A stretch of 64,000 bases of DNA from the human T2T-CHM13v2.0 reference genome, Homo sapiens: NCBI RefSeq assembly GCF_009914755.1, contig NC_060932.1, one strand, 5' to 3'. The notes beneath the pieces are model-generated. The model ran no database searches. It saw only the letters and a list, made by a program, of their open reading frames with translations, and was not told where the DNA came from. Positions 44,150 through 57,183 of the stretch are shown here, piece after piece. The translations under genes and the position numbers were made by a program. How positions within the stretch are numbered: the first letter of the stretch is position 1; the number at the start of each line of letters is the position of its first letter.

Positions 44150-45800
44150 GTCCTCTGGGATTTTTCCAACGGCCCTCGTCTCCGCAGCTACGCCTGCCTG
44201 GTCCAGTCGGGCCGCTGAGGGGTGCGTTCACTGCCCATCTCCTAGTCCCTTGCTGGTGACCTTGGCTGCACTACTTCGCCTCTGGGCCCTCGGTGGCCTG
44301 ACGCCACCTACCTCGAGGGTTACAGGAGGGTCACGAAGATGTGGAAGCGCCGAACAGTGCATGCCAGGGACAGGACTTCCATCTTCTGTCCTCCCTGGAG
44401 TGTCCACAGCTCGCTCAGTCCTCTCCCACCTCCAGTCCCCAGGCCTTTCAACCCGCAAGACCCAGAAAGGGCGAGGAGATGGGGAAGGCGCCGCCCGTCC
44501 GAAGTCCCTTATTCACCCGGCGGCTCCCTGAGGGGGTGTGGCGCCCCCGGCCCCCGCGTCCCCTTCCTCCCAGCTCGGAGAGGAGATCCTCCAGCTGCGC
44601 GGCGGCAGCGGCGAGCGTGGACGGCGGGGGTCCCGGCCCGACCTACCTCCTCCAGCAGCGTGACGGTGTTCCTGCAGTTGTGCAGCCGCGTGGTGAAGCT
44701 GGACGTGGTGGGCGAGTTGTAGTCCTCGGTGGTCTCGGCGATGAACTCCGAGACAGAGATCTGGTCCGGCATCCTGCCGGGAGGGACGAGACACAAGCGG
44801 GGGCGGGGGGTGAGTCACGGCGCAGGCTCCCGGGGCCGCGGGCCGCCCGGAGGCTCATGAACCCCGGCGCGCAGCCCGCCACCCGCCGCCCGGCCTGGCG
44901 CGCGGCTCCCGTCCCCGGCAGCGGCGAGAGGGAGGGAAGGAGGCGGGCGAAGGCAGGCGGCGGCGGCGCTGGCGGGGCTCGGCGCGGGGCCCTTCAAACT
45001 CCAAGCCGCGCGCGAGGCAGGGGGCTCTCCGGGACCCGCCTCCCTCTGCTCATGCCGGCGGCGGCAGCTCCTCAGCGGCGGGGGAGGGGACGCGGCTGCG
45101 CGCGGGGTCTTCGCGGGGGTCTGGGCTCCGGCCGGCCGCTGGGGCGTGCGCGGGCTGGGCGGCTGGGGCGCCCGGCGCTGCCTCCTCAGACGCGCTGACA
45201 GGCGGCGGCGCGGGCCTGACTGACTGAGCGCACACTCCCGCGGCGGGCGGGCGGGCGGGCGGCGCTCGCGCTGCAGTCACGGGGCCAAACAAGGAAGTGC
45301 TCTGCGCACGCGCGCCGCCCCCAGCCCCGCCCCCCCGGTCCCTCCCCGCCCGCGCCCCGCCCCCGGCCCGGCCCCCGCCCCGCCCCGCCCCCGCTCGCGC
45401 ACAGCCCCTGGGGCCTGGCTCCGAAGCTGCCGCTCCCGACCCCGGCTGCGCGGCACGGGGGCTCCGGAAGCCCGAGTCCCTGGTTCGCCCCCGGAGCGGT
45501 TACTTCAGCGAGCTCGTTGCGCGAGCGTTTTGCAAGAAGGGGGCCCAAAAAAGTTGTACGTGTTCTTTTTTAGTCGCGTGTGGGTGCAGGAAGTGAGGCC
45601 CCGGGAGAGCCGCCTTCTACTGCGAGGGCCGCCGACCCCGCGAAGGAAGCGCTGGGCGCAGGGGCGGCCTCCCGGGGCCCGGGCTTGCAGCTGCCCGCTC
45701 GCCCCATCTCTCTGCAGGGTGCTCCTCACCGCTTACAGGCTGGTTTTGTGCAGTTGCCTTAGGTCGCTACAATGCAGCGTGAAGACGAATGAAGGGTTTG
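44150..45800. promoter_or_regulatory. CpG island / internal ASAP1 promoter
   Basis: Abrupt switch to very GC- and CpG-rich sequence. GC boxes 45316-45393; NRF1 consensus TGCGCACGCGCG 45303-45314; ETS cores AGGAAGTG 45292-45299 and CAGGAAGTG 45587-45595; AP-1 TGAGTCA 44811-44817. Confidence 0.9.
44647..44773 (-). CDS. ASAP1: ASAP1 coding exon (127 nt), N-terminal region leading into the BAR domain
   Basis: Acceptor ...tgtgtctcgtccctcccggcAG|G ATG CCG GAC CAG and donor CTG GAG GAG|GTAGGT. Translation MPDQISVSEFIAETTEDYNSPTTSSFTTRLHNCRNTVTLLEE is ASAP1 (ASAP2 differs: VAETHEDYKAP). Confidence 0.97.
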
Positions 45801-46250
45801 GGGGCTTTTAAAAAAAATAATTTTCTAATCTTTCATTTGCACTTTTTTTTTTAACTTGCAGGAAAGCCGAGGGTCAGGGAATGTAAAAGGCATTGCCCGA
45901 GCTGCAAATGGTGTTCGATGCTAAGCAGATGCCAAATTTCGGTGGAAAAAGTACCACCTCACTCCTCGGCCTTGACAGATGGCTAATTTTAAAACTAGCT
46001 CAATCTACTTAGTCCGAAGAATCCATTTAATTTCTCACCATTCGCTGAGTATGAATTTGGTTTAAAAGAAGAAGAAGAAGAAAAAAAAAGCTAGGCCTTT
46101 GGGAAGGGCCACAGGATTGGTACCTGTAATTCAAGCCAGGAGAGCCTTTGATAGCCTTAGGATGGAAGGCTGAGCCTGTCCTCTGCGACACACACCCACC
46201 GCGCCCTACCCCTCACCCCCGGGATTGGGCTTCTGCCATCTTGCACTGTT

Positions 46251-46552
<302 letters not shown>

Positions 46553-48299
46553 CATCTTGCACTGTTAAGCCTCACATCCGTTCTCTGGTTCTTACCCCTG
46601 ACTACAAGGGAGTGCCCCAAAGCAGGGATCTTGTCTTAGCCTTGGGCCTGCTACACAGAAGTAGCAGAGTGGCTGTCAAAATACAGCACCTCATTAACTC
46701 TCAAATATTTACTAAGCACTATGTGCCCTGGAGATTGAGTAATGCCAAGGCCCCTGCTCTCATGAAGCTTACCTTCTAGGACAGAACTAGACAACTCACA
46801 AATACATAAAGTGGAGTAAATATAAAGTAAGAAAGTGAAGGAGTCGCTATAGTATAAAGAATCTGCAGAGAAGGCTTTGCTGACAAGGTGACATCTTGAG
46901 AAAAGAATGACAAGAGTAAGTCACCCAGATAATCCTGTTGTCTATGGCATCTTGGGCCCTCAGCTGCCTCACATGAAAGCAAAAGATAAGGACACCAACC
47001 CCAGGACCTGGCTGTTATGTTGAGTTCACTGATGATGGAAGAGAAAGTGCTTTGTGCACAGGAAAGCCATTAGAAAAGTGTGAGATGTTCACCTCCCTCT
47101 ATTGGCTGTACTGAACCTGCACTGTGCCTCCAGCGAGATGCTCATCAATGTCCTCTAAGAGGCCATGCTTCAGCTAACAAGGGTTCCAGCTAATTAAAGG
47201 GAAATTTTGTAAGGGGAATGTCCATAAATAAATATTCTTCCCTGGCAAAGGGAAGTTGAGAAGTCAACTTCAAAACACATTCTTTAAAAAATTAGTAAAT
47301 AAATAAACAGGCACCCACTTTGTCCTCATTAGCACTTTAAAAGCTTGGTTTGGGACACACCAAGTTTGAAGTTCAGAGGAGACAGCCAGATGATGATAGC
47401 AGACAGCTGAAGATCCATACCTGGAGGTCACTTGCTCATGTGCCATAGTTGACAGAACATGGTCTTTTGAAGTATGAGCTACCCAGGAGAAAATCCTACC
47501 ATCCTTCCCCACATACTAACCAAGTCACTCTGCATCTGGAAAATTCTGTGACTTGGAACAAATATGGCCCATGCTAGTTGAGCTAATTAAGCTCTCTGAG
47601 ACTCAGTTACCCCATGGAGCACTGACAACACACGGCACTTAGGCTTCACTCCAAGAAGGCCTTCCTTCCTCTAGGCTGGAAACAATTTCAGACTTGGATT
47701 CTTGCATTTATTTTGTTCTCCCATCTATTCCAGGTAGTCGTCTAGCACCTGTCACCTCCACTGAGGTGGTGGTTCCTTCCATCTTCTTCATCTGGCATTA
47801 TAGTAAAGACTCAATAAATATGAGCTGTTATTAAAAGCCAAAAGTCAGTGTTTAATTGCCTCAATTCCAAGAGGCCCTGGGTTCCAGAGTTTTCCCTCCT
47901 AGTAACTGATGCTGTCATCTTGGGCCTTAGTGCTATCCTTTGTAAAATAAAGGAGTGAGTGTGTCAAAATGACCACAGATTCCTCCCAGCAGGAGCCGAC
48001 TTGTGTATACAGTCAGCTCTGGAGATGCAAAGAAGAAAGATTATTACAACAAGCTAAGCTAACTGCAATGGTAGACAGCTGGGGATTTCTTTCTTGACTG
48101 AATTCACCAAAGACTCCAAACTGCTGCCATCAATTGCTGTTTCAGTTTCATTTGAAGATTATGTTATGTATCTGCTCCTCCCCCATCTCCTTTGGCCAAG
48201 AAAGGAATATGCTCACAATGAGATATTGTGCTTTGGTAAGTATATACCTCCTCAGACTGGTCTGCAATTAGAATTTCAAAGGTTCACACCTCTACTCAC

Positions 48300-48401
48300 C
48301 ATTTCTGGGCCATAATCCTCTTTAAATTTGAAACCATGCCTCAGTGAAAACCATCTGCACCTCTCATTTTCTCAAATACTCTGAAAATCATTCCTGGATA
48401 T
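48300..48401 (-). CDS. ASAP1: ASAP1 alternative 102-nt exon; coding part 48337-48300 (MVSNLKRIMAQK-W) splices in frame to the MPDQ exon
   Basis: Acceptor tctctatttgctttcAG|ATATCC; GAGGC ATG G strong Kozak; consensus donor AAA TG|GTGAGT. The phase-2 end TG plus the first G of the 44773 exon gives TGG ATG. Confidence 0.8.
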
Positions 48402-49874
48402 CTGAAAGCAAATAGAGACTGACATGGGCAAAACGTAAATGCTGGATTTCTTTGTGTGGAGCTGCCCCGAAATATACACCATCCTCCCCAAAGCCAGGAA
48501 AAATGTGCGCACACACATATTTGTGTGCACCTGGCTTTATATAAAGCAAGCATCATCTCTGTTGTCGCCATTATAATAAGACTGTTCAGCACTCTTGTCC
48601 TCCTCATGCCTGCCTCTTACTCTGAGCACTGCTGACTGAGGTTTCTAACACCATGATTATGGCAGGATGCACTTTGTCGCCTTGAAAAAAAGGCAGCAGG
48701 AACAGTGGTGGCTTATTCTTCTGAACAGCAATGGCGCTAACGACCCACTTGCCATCAGGGAATTGGCTCTCAGTTACATTTCCAGTTGCAGACCTCACTC
48801 TCATCCATCTGTCTTATAACCAAGGGGGGATGCATTTGCAAGATGACTGACCAGAAACCAGAGGTGGGGGAGTGTGGGTGGGGAGTCAGAGGTGCTCTGT
48901 GGGCCCAAGAAACCACAAGGAGCTTTGATCCACAGTGTTAGCCAGCGACAGCATTCATCACAGGCTCCCGATGCCCTCATGGAATGACGACAATGGCTAA
49001 AGTGGGAAGGGAACACACTTTTTATTACATGGACCTGAGCTTAAAACTCTACTTTCTTGTTTATTCACCTTCTTTTCTAAACTATGTTTCAGATTATTGT
49101 GTGAAATAAAATGAGAAAATATGGATAAGTAGGCTGATGCATAGTGAATAATCAACCAATGTGAATTCCCTTTGAACTCCCCTTTTCTGTGAAAGATGAC
49201 TATAAATACATCTGCTTTCATTCCACGACTCAGATATCTCTAAATTAGTCACTAGGAGGAGGAAAAAAGAGGGAGCGGGGAAGGCTGCACAGTAATTCCC
49301 GAAGTCTGGGATCTCAGATTTGGGAATAAACAGTCTTCAGAGACCTCGCTTATTTTCAAAGTATCCTTTGTTAGGTCAGATGCATTAGTGATGGCTTGGA
49401 TTTTGGAGGTAAATAAATAGTATCTAGAGTCAAACTGGCTGCATACCAATCAAGATGAGAAGTAAGTTAAGACCAACTCACTAAAATAAAATAAAATAGC
49501 CTATTTTCATGCAACATAGTCCCTGTAAAGAAGGATAATCTGAGCAAAACAACTTCTAGGGGATGATAGCATGGGGCATTTCTTTTGCAGGAGCATGAAT
49601 TATGGGCTGATTCTCACATAAAAAAGATAGGCTCCCGTCTCTGCCATGAAGAAGCTACTAGACCTTGTTAAAGTATTTCTCCTCTCTGAGTCTCAGTTTT
49701 CATATCTATAAAATGGGGGCAATGACAACCCCTATCTCAGTGTTCTGAGAATTCAACGAGCTAAGGTATATAAAGTGCTTAGCAGGGTCTCAGACATCCT
49801 AAGTAGACAATTATTTTTCCGATATTATGGGAACTTTGAAAACCTTATCTGGAGATATAACTTATGATATTCTT

Positions 49875-50011
49875 GCCGGGTGCAGTGACACACACCTGTC
49901 ATCCCAACTACTTGGGAGGCTGAGGTGGGAGGACTGCTTGAGCCCAGGAGTTTGAGAGCAGTCTGGACAACATGGCGAGACTGCATCTCATTTTTTTTAA
50001 TAAAAAATAAA
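49875..50011 (+). mobile_element. Free left Alu monomer (FLAM)
   Basis: Single monomer ending CAACATGGCGAGACTGCATCTC; TSD TGATATTCTT on both sides. Confidence 0.88.
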
Positions 50012-51467
50012 TTCTGATATTCTTGCAAAAACAAAATATTCACCATGACCTGCTACGTACCAGACACTTTGCTAAGTATAGAATTTAGAATACATTTATC
50101 CTTCTTTAAGCCTCATGACAACTTTATAAAGTAAGTATATTTATCCCAAACTTACCAGAGAAACCTAAGGCTGCTGGGGTATAGAATATGACTTTCTCAG
50201 TTTCCATCTGGAGTCAGGTACTGCATTGGTGGTTATATATGTAATGTCTGAATTCATTCATATAACAGTCCTGAGATGCAAGTATTACAATAATGGAAAC
50301 TGAGACACAATAAAATCTCACTGCAAGTTAATGTCCCTGAGCCTGGCAGACTCTAAATCCAATGCTTTTTCTGCTGCCTGCAAAATTGGTCTCTTTACTG
50401 TATTCTGTATAGGGCTACTTTGTTAGATACAGTATTTTTCCCAGCCCAGGCAACCAAAGGAAGTATCTGTATTTCACCTGACAACTTATGAATTCATTTT
50501 CTACCAACTTAATGAAGTGGTGGAGGAAAGGAAAGTGCTGAAGGAGCAGGATGGAGGGAGGGGGCTGTACTTGATTCCATCTTTTACACTTAGGCTCATG
50601 TTCCCATAGTCTACATAAACTGCTTTTTTCATGTTCTTTGTATGAGTGCTTCCCAATTGCACTCGTGCAATTTCAGGTAATAATAATAATAAAAAAAAGC
50701 CAATTCTAGTCCCAAATGTACTTAATTCAATTTAAATACTCCAAGCAAAACCACTAGAGTTTTCTCAGTAAAGAGAAGAACATGGTTTGTTTGGAGACAA
50801 AAAACTACTCTGGTTCTACCTCCCTGTTCCTCTGATGGAAGTAGGAAGAAAAGAGGCAGAATGGTGGGAACCTAGAAGAAATGTAGCATAAATATCAACT
50901 GAATGAACTCAGGGATGTATTTCTGTTTAGTCCTATGAAAGAATAATTGTGCTTAGTATTATGCGCCCTGTATTATCCTGAGTCATTGCAGGCGCAACCT
51001 CACTTAATACTTGCAGCAACAATATAAAGCAGGTACTGTATTATTCCCCATGTTATATGCATGGGAAACCTGAAGCTTAGAGGTTACCTGTCAAGTAGTG
51101 GAGCAGGACTCAAGCAATCTGATTTCATAGCCCATGTGATCAGCCACCATGCTCTGTTGGCTTATCAAAGACAATGGATGAGTCCACAGCCCCAGGATGC
51201 TTTTTCTGTTGGGGTATATGTGCGTGTGTTTTCCTTCTGGGGAACTCATTACAAGCCCAATTCAAATGCAAGCTTGACTGGTCTAGAGAGCAGCTCCTTG
51301 CCCCATTCCTCCAGGTGGGATTAATCTTCATGTGGGTATCCACAGTCAGCTTCTCTCACTCTGCCTTAAGCAACTGGAGGATATTGGCACCATTCAGAGG
51401 AGAAACTGAGAACTTCCTCAGCAACAAATAGCTCTGTTAGCAGAAGGGCTTGGCTCTGACTCATCTC

Positions 51468-51613
51468 TCACTTGGGCTCAGGAGTTTGAGGCTGCCGTGA
51501 GCTATGATTGCACCACTGCACCTCAGCACTCCAGCCTGGACAACAGAGCAATCCAGTCTCAAAAAATAAATAAATAAAATAAAACACAAAAAACAAATGC
51601 CAAACAAACAAAC
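51468..51613 (+). mobile_element. Alu right-arm fragment (AluJ/FRAM)
   Basis: GGAGTTTGAGGCTGCCGTGAGCTATGATTGCACCACTGCA...CCAGCCTGGACAACAGAGC followed by A-rich tail. Confidence 0.85.
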
Positions 51614-53509
51614 ACCTTGTATCTTCCAAGTGAGTATCCTATACCGCAAAGTCCCAGACTATCAATCCCTGACAGCATTCAGGGACTAAATCCTACCCAT
51701 GTCTGTATCACCTACATCCCCCAGCAACTAAAGCAAGGACAGAAGATTCCTGGAGCCCCAGGCTTGGCCTTTTACAAGCACCATCTCCTGAAATCTTCCT
51801 AGTAACCTAGTGAGGTAGTGTGTTTTCTGCAAGAGAACTCAGAGATAAGCACAATTTGCTCAAGGTTAACAGTTAATAAGTGGAAAAATGCTATTCAGTC
51901 AGTCTGAATCCAAACCCTGTAGGCTTTTTCTTCTCTAGGAAAGCACTGCCTAGTTGGGGTCCCTTGTGGGCCCCCATAAATGTGTTTTGAATTGAACTGG
52001 CTCCCTTTTATGAGCTACATCATTTCTAATACAAGTAAAACAACCTCCAATGAAGAAAAAAATCATGGTGTTTTATGGGAGTCCTAAAAACTTGCGATCT
52101 ATAGGAACGAGGGATTTAAAATCTTGCTTATTTCTGATAAAGTCACATTAACCTGAAAAATGAGAAAAACTTACAATACACCCAGGTTTCTTTGATGAAT
52201 TTAAGTTGAGTTCATCACCTTTAATGATGCCCAACTTCTGTGCTATATCAAGAATGAGAACGTTCCTCTTTTATGGCCCTTTTCAATGGTATCATTTTCC
52301 AGGGTACCATTTTCCAAATATTTATATTTATCCAACTAGACTGTGACCTACCTAAGACCAGGGAGGGTTTCTATTTGCTATTATGGCCCCAAAGTGCCAA
52401 GTGTTTAAGAGATACTTACTGAATAGAAGGAAGACTGAATGAATGAATGAACAAACATTTATAGGGGGAAGGGTATGAGAGGAATTGAGAGAGGAGAAAT
52501 GGAGAGATCCAGAAGAGAGTAAGATCCACAGAAGTGATCCCGGTTTTTAGAGTCGCTGTCATTATTTTACATCACTATAAGCCATAAGAGCCAGCGAGAA
52601 TTTTAAGGATAACATGCTTTCCAAACTTTTCATTTTTTGGATAAGGAAACTGATTCCCAAGCAGTTAGGTGACTTGCCCAGTGTTCCCTGACAGATTTGT
52701 GGGAACTGAGCCAAATGCCAAGTATCCTGGTTCCCAAGGGTTTCCCACTCCACCTTTCCCAGTTATATTTCAAGGATAGGATTAAAGACCTTCAGAAACT
52801 CCCGTCTACAACAGATTATGTTGTCTTTGCATCACAGAATCAAGGAATGCCTATGCACAATTGCCTACTATTTAAAAATTGTAACAGTATAAAGTTTGGC
52901 ACACCATCACTTAACTGACACTCCTAATTTGGGGCAAGAGGACTGTGCCCCACAGTACTCACCTAGTTGTACTGTTTTTCTAAGCCACCCACCCTTTACC
53001 CAGAGAAGCTTCCCAGCACATGCAGAGTGTAGGTCAAATTTCTCCTTTTCTCAAGTCCAGTTGCCTATTGTGATTGACACAGTTCCTCCTCCCTTGGTCA
53101 TTTTCAGAGATGAGATCATTGCCTCCTGAGTCTCTGACAACATTTTCCCCTGGGTACAGAGGTATTAGGAGGGAACCAGTCAGTTCAGTTCTAATCCACA
53201 AACAGTTATTAAGCAGCTTTATAACCTTTCTAGGGGCTAAGAGTGTGCGATCTGGATTCAGATTACCTGGGGTTCAATCTCAGTGCTGCCATTTAACAGG
53301 ATTTGTTACCTTAGGCAAGTTATTTAATTTAAATTACTTTATTGTTAAAAGGAAGATGATGATAAGCCCTCTCTCTCAAGGTTGTGGTAAGATTGAAATG
53401 AGATAATCTGTGCAAATGCTTAGCACAGTGCCTGGTATATAGTAAGTGATCAATAAACATTAGCTACTAATACCACTATTTGCATTCTAAACAGGTACTA
53501 TGCTAGATT

Positions 53510-53832
<323 letters not shown>

Positions 53833-55062
53833 GCTAGATACTTTAAGAGCCAAAAATAAATTTTAAAACATAAGAGACAACCTCTGTCATCAAGGAGCTC
53901 ATATGTAGGCAGAGATACTGGTTTTCAGCACAAGTGATGGAATATTCAAATAATTCAAACAGAAAATAAAGGTGTATTTTAAAAGTGACCAATGAATGTA
54001 AAGTCCAAGTAAAAGTAATTTGATGTAACGCTCTCTCTCTGATTTGCCCACAGCCCAGCTAGATCTATTTTTATGAGCACTTTTCAAAGCCACTGAGGCT
54101 CTGAAATACTACTCCAAAAGAAACATTTGATAAATGGTAGCTATTTGTGACTTTTGCACCAAGATGTTTGTGACATGGAATGCCAGGGAGGTAGGCTCCT
54201 TTTCCTCAGCCAAATAATTTCACCTCCCTCGGCCTCATTTTCCTTGTGGTTAAAATCAGCACCTTGGGGCACAGGCTCTCAGAGGTCCCTTGGCAATGGC
54301 ATCCTATAGCTCAATAAATGCTTTTTTGACATCAGTGTGACTACCAACTCCAAACACAAAGAGGTCCCCAGCTCTGCTTCAAAACGCTAAGAACTGTCTG
54401 GAGGTCTTCCGTCTGGGTTGGGGCCCCCGTTAAAGATACCCTATATTACATGAATCTGTCACAGTATTCTCTTGTTGCTTTTCAAAAATATGATTTCGCC
54501 TGCAATGTATTTGAACCCACATAACAATGAGCTGTATCATAACAGGATTTTTCCATAACCATGTCAAATGTAGGGCATTGCTCCACTTGAAACAGGAAAA
54601 CTGCCCGCCCACTGCAGAGTTTTCTTCTTAACATATGCTATTTAGTTAACGTCCTTTTTCAAGTGTGAGCATTTGAATCACACTAGGGGCTCTAATTCAG
54701 AAAAAAAAACAAGTCTCTACAATTGCTAGCAAACCTTCTGAGACAGCATCCAGCTTCTGTTCCCTAATATTTTCTGGTTTTTTGTTTTTAAAAAATTAGG
54801 TTTTTTGCTCTGGCCTTAGAGGTTGAGAGGCATTATACAAACAAATTTATAAAATTGCTATATTTACATAGACAGCAGAGAACTTATTTTCAATATCATA
54901 TTATTTTCATGAATATTATTTTCAATATCATGGGGGGTTTTGTGTGAATAAACTACTTTTCTCCCGATGTTTGGGTTTAAGAATTAACTTTCACTTACTC
55001 CCAACTAATTTTAACATCTTGAAATTATCAGCAGTTCAGACAGACTTTTAGCATACTGACTA

Positions 55063-55590
55063 CATTGTCTGTCTCTCCTACATCCCCTTCTTGTAGGAAC
55101 TACTCCTCCCTGACTCCAGGTAATTTTCTAGACTGTCAGTCATGTCTCTACTTTCCCAACTAAAGGGCTGGACCCAGGCTGTCCAATCAGAGTATTCCAG
55201 AATCCTGATAACAGCAATGATGGGTACTAGAACAGGCATTTAACTCAAGCATGGCCAACCAGAATCCTTCATGGAGGACTGATATAGATGCTAGGATACA
55301 GAGGAATATGCCTTTTCTCTCTAAGACTTAGTAGGCCTTCAGCTACTGGTGACCATCTTTGCCACACATCAGAGAGCTGGCCTAAGAATGATCATAACCA
55401 AAAGATGGCAAGAGATGCGGGAGAGTCGTGGTGACCTCATTTGAACCACTGGATCCACAAAAATCTATCCCATGCCTAATGTTAGTCCAACCCTTGGACT
55501 TCCTAGTAATGTGAGCAACTGTACTTCTTTTTTAGTGTAAGCTAGTCTGAGTTGGGTTTCTACCACTAATACTAAAAAAGCCCTGGCTAA
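55063..55590 (+). mobile_element. Old MaLR LTR remnant (MLT1-type)
   Basis: GGCTGTCCAATCAGAGTA...GACCATCTTTGCCAC...CCTTGGACTTCCTAGTAATGTGAGC...GCTAGTCTGAGTTGGGTTTC. Confidence 0.55.
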
Positions 55591-55783
55591 TCTTTTCCTG
55601 GGTTCCAGTACCATCTTCACAGTTACTAGATGTGTTATGTTAGGCAAGCTGTTCACTGCCTTAGGGCCTCAGCTTCCTCATCCGTAAAATGGGGATAATG
55701 ATATTTACGTCAAAGGATTGTTATACAGAATCAATTAGATAATACACATAACAGAATGGGAGAAAATAGTTTCAAATCGTATA

Positions 55784-56117
55784 CAGGTTGAGTATTCCTT
55801 ATCTGAAATGCTTGGGACCAGAAGTGTTTCAGATATTTTTTTTTATTTCTGGAATGTTTACATATACATAATGAGACACCTTGGGGATGGAGCCCAAGAC
55901 TAAACACAGAATTCACTTATGTTACATATAAACCTTATACACATAGCCTGAAGGTAATCTTATACTATATTTTTAATGATTTTGAGCAGGAAACAAAGTT
56001 TGTATACAATGAAATATCAGAAAGCAAAAGTGTCAGCATCTCATGTTGGCATTCAAAAAGTTTTGGATTTGGGAGAATTTCACATTTGGGATTTTCAGAT
56101 TGGGAATGCTCAACTTG
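55784..56117. mobile_element. Tigger4/MER46-type non-autonomous DNA transposon
   Basis: Terminal inverted repeats CAGGTTGAGTATTCC...GGAATGCTCAACTTG flanked by TA duplications. Confidence 0.85.
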
Positions 56118-56507
56118 TATTTGATAAAGGCCTAGTATTCAAAATATATAAACTTTTGCAACCCAACAATAAAGAGATAAATAACTAATTTAAAAGTGGA
56201 CAAAGGGGTTAAATAGACATTTCTCCAAAGATATACAAGTGGATAATAAGCACATGAAAAGATGCTGAACATCACTAAACATTAGGAAAATGCAAATCAA
56301 AAACACAATGAAATGCCACTTTGCACCCACTAGGATGGCTGTAATAAAAAAGATGGAAATTGACAAGTATTGTCAAGGATGTGAAGAAACTGGAACCCAC
56401 CACATTGCTGGTAGGAATGTAAAATGGTGGAGTAGCTTTGAAAGACAATTTGGCAACTCCTCAAAAGGTTAAACCAAGTGTTATCATCTGACCCAGCAAC
56501 TGCTTAC

Positions 56508-57183
56508 TATTGTGGACTGAATGCATGTGTCCCACCCAAATTCACATGTTGAAATCCTAACCCAATGTGATGGTATTACAACGTGACACTTTTGAGAGGT
56601 AATTAAGTCATGAGGGTGGAGCCCTCATGAATGGGAACAGTGCCTTATAAAAGAGACCCCAGGCCGGGCACAGTGGCTCACGCCTGTAATCCCAGCACTT
56701 TGGGAGGCTGAGGTGGGGAGATCACCTGAGATCAGGAGTTCAAGACCAGCCTGGCCATCATGGCAAAACCCCGTCTCTACCAAAAATACAAAAAATTACC
56801 CAAGCATGGTGGCGCACACATATAATCCTAGCTACTCAGGAGGCTGAGGCAGGAGAATAGCTTGAACCCAGGAGGCGGAGGTTGCAGTCAGCTGAGATCA
56901 CACCGTTGCATTCCAGCCTGGGGGGTGACAGAGCAAGACCCCATCTCAAAAACAAACAAACAAACAAAAAAAACAGAGAGCAGCTCTCTAGCTATTTTTC
57001 AGCCATATAAGGACACAATGAGAGGTCAGCAGCCTGCAAGGGAAGAGGGCCTCACCAGAATCCAACCATGCTGGTACCCTGATCTCAGACTTCCAGCTTT
57101 CAGAACTGAGAGAAATACATTTGTTGTTTGTAAGCCATCCAGTCTAGGGTAATTTGTTATAGCAGCCCAAACTGACTAAGACA
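56508..57183 (+). mobile_element. MLT1A/B-like solo LTR nested in L1, itself interrupted by an Alu
   Basis: TATTGTGGACTGAATG...CCCAAATTCACATGTTGAAATCCTAACCC...TTTGTTATAGCAGCCCAAACTGACTAAGACA. Confidence 0.88.
56662..56973 (+). mobile_element. AluS (Sx-like) nested in the MLT1 LTR
   Basis: Full dimer with (AAAC)n tail. Confidence 0.93.

Noticed and set aside
44341-45198. 285-aa + strand ORF and other overlapping ORFs in the CpG island
   Set aside because: Stop codons are rare in very GC-rich DNA. The products are Arg/Gly/Pro/Ala low-complexity, there is no ATG at the listed start, and the ORF is antisense to a real exon.
47421-47535. Possible 115-nt minus-strand cassette exon (aattttccAG ... 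CAG|GTATGG) between the 102-nt and 127-nt exons
   Set aside because: Poor polypyrimidine tract, frameshifting length and no other support; needs junction reads.
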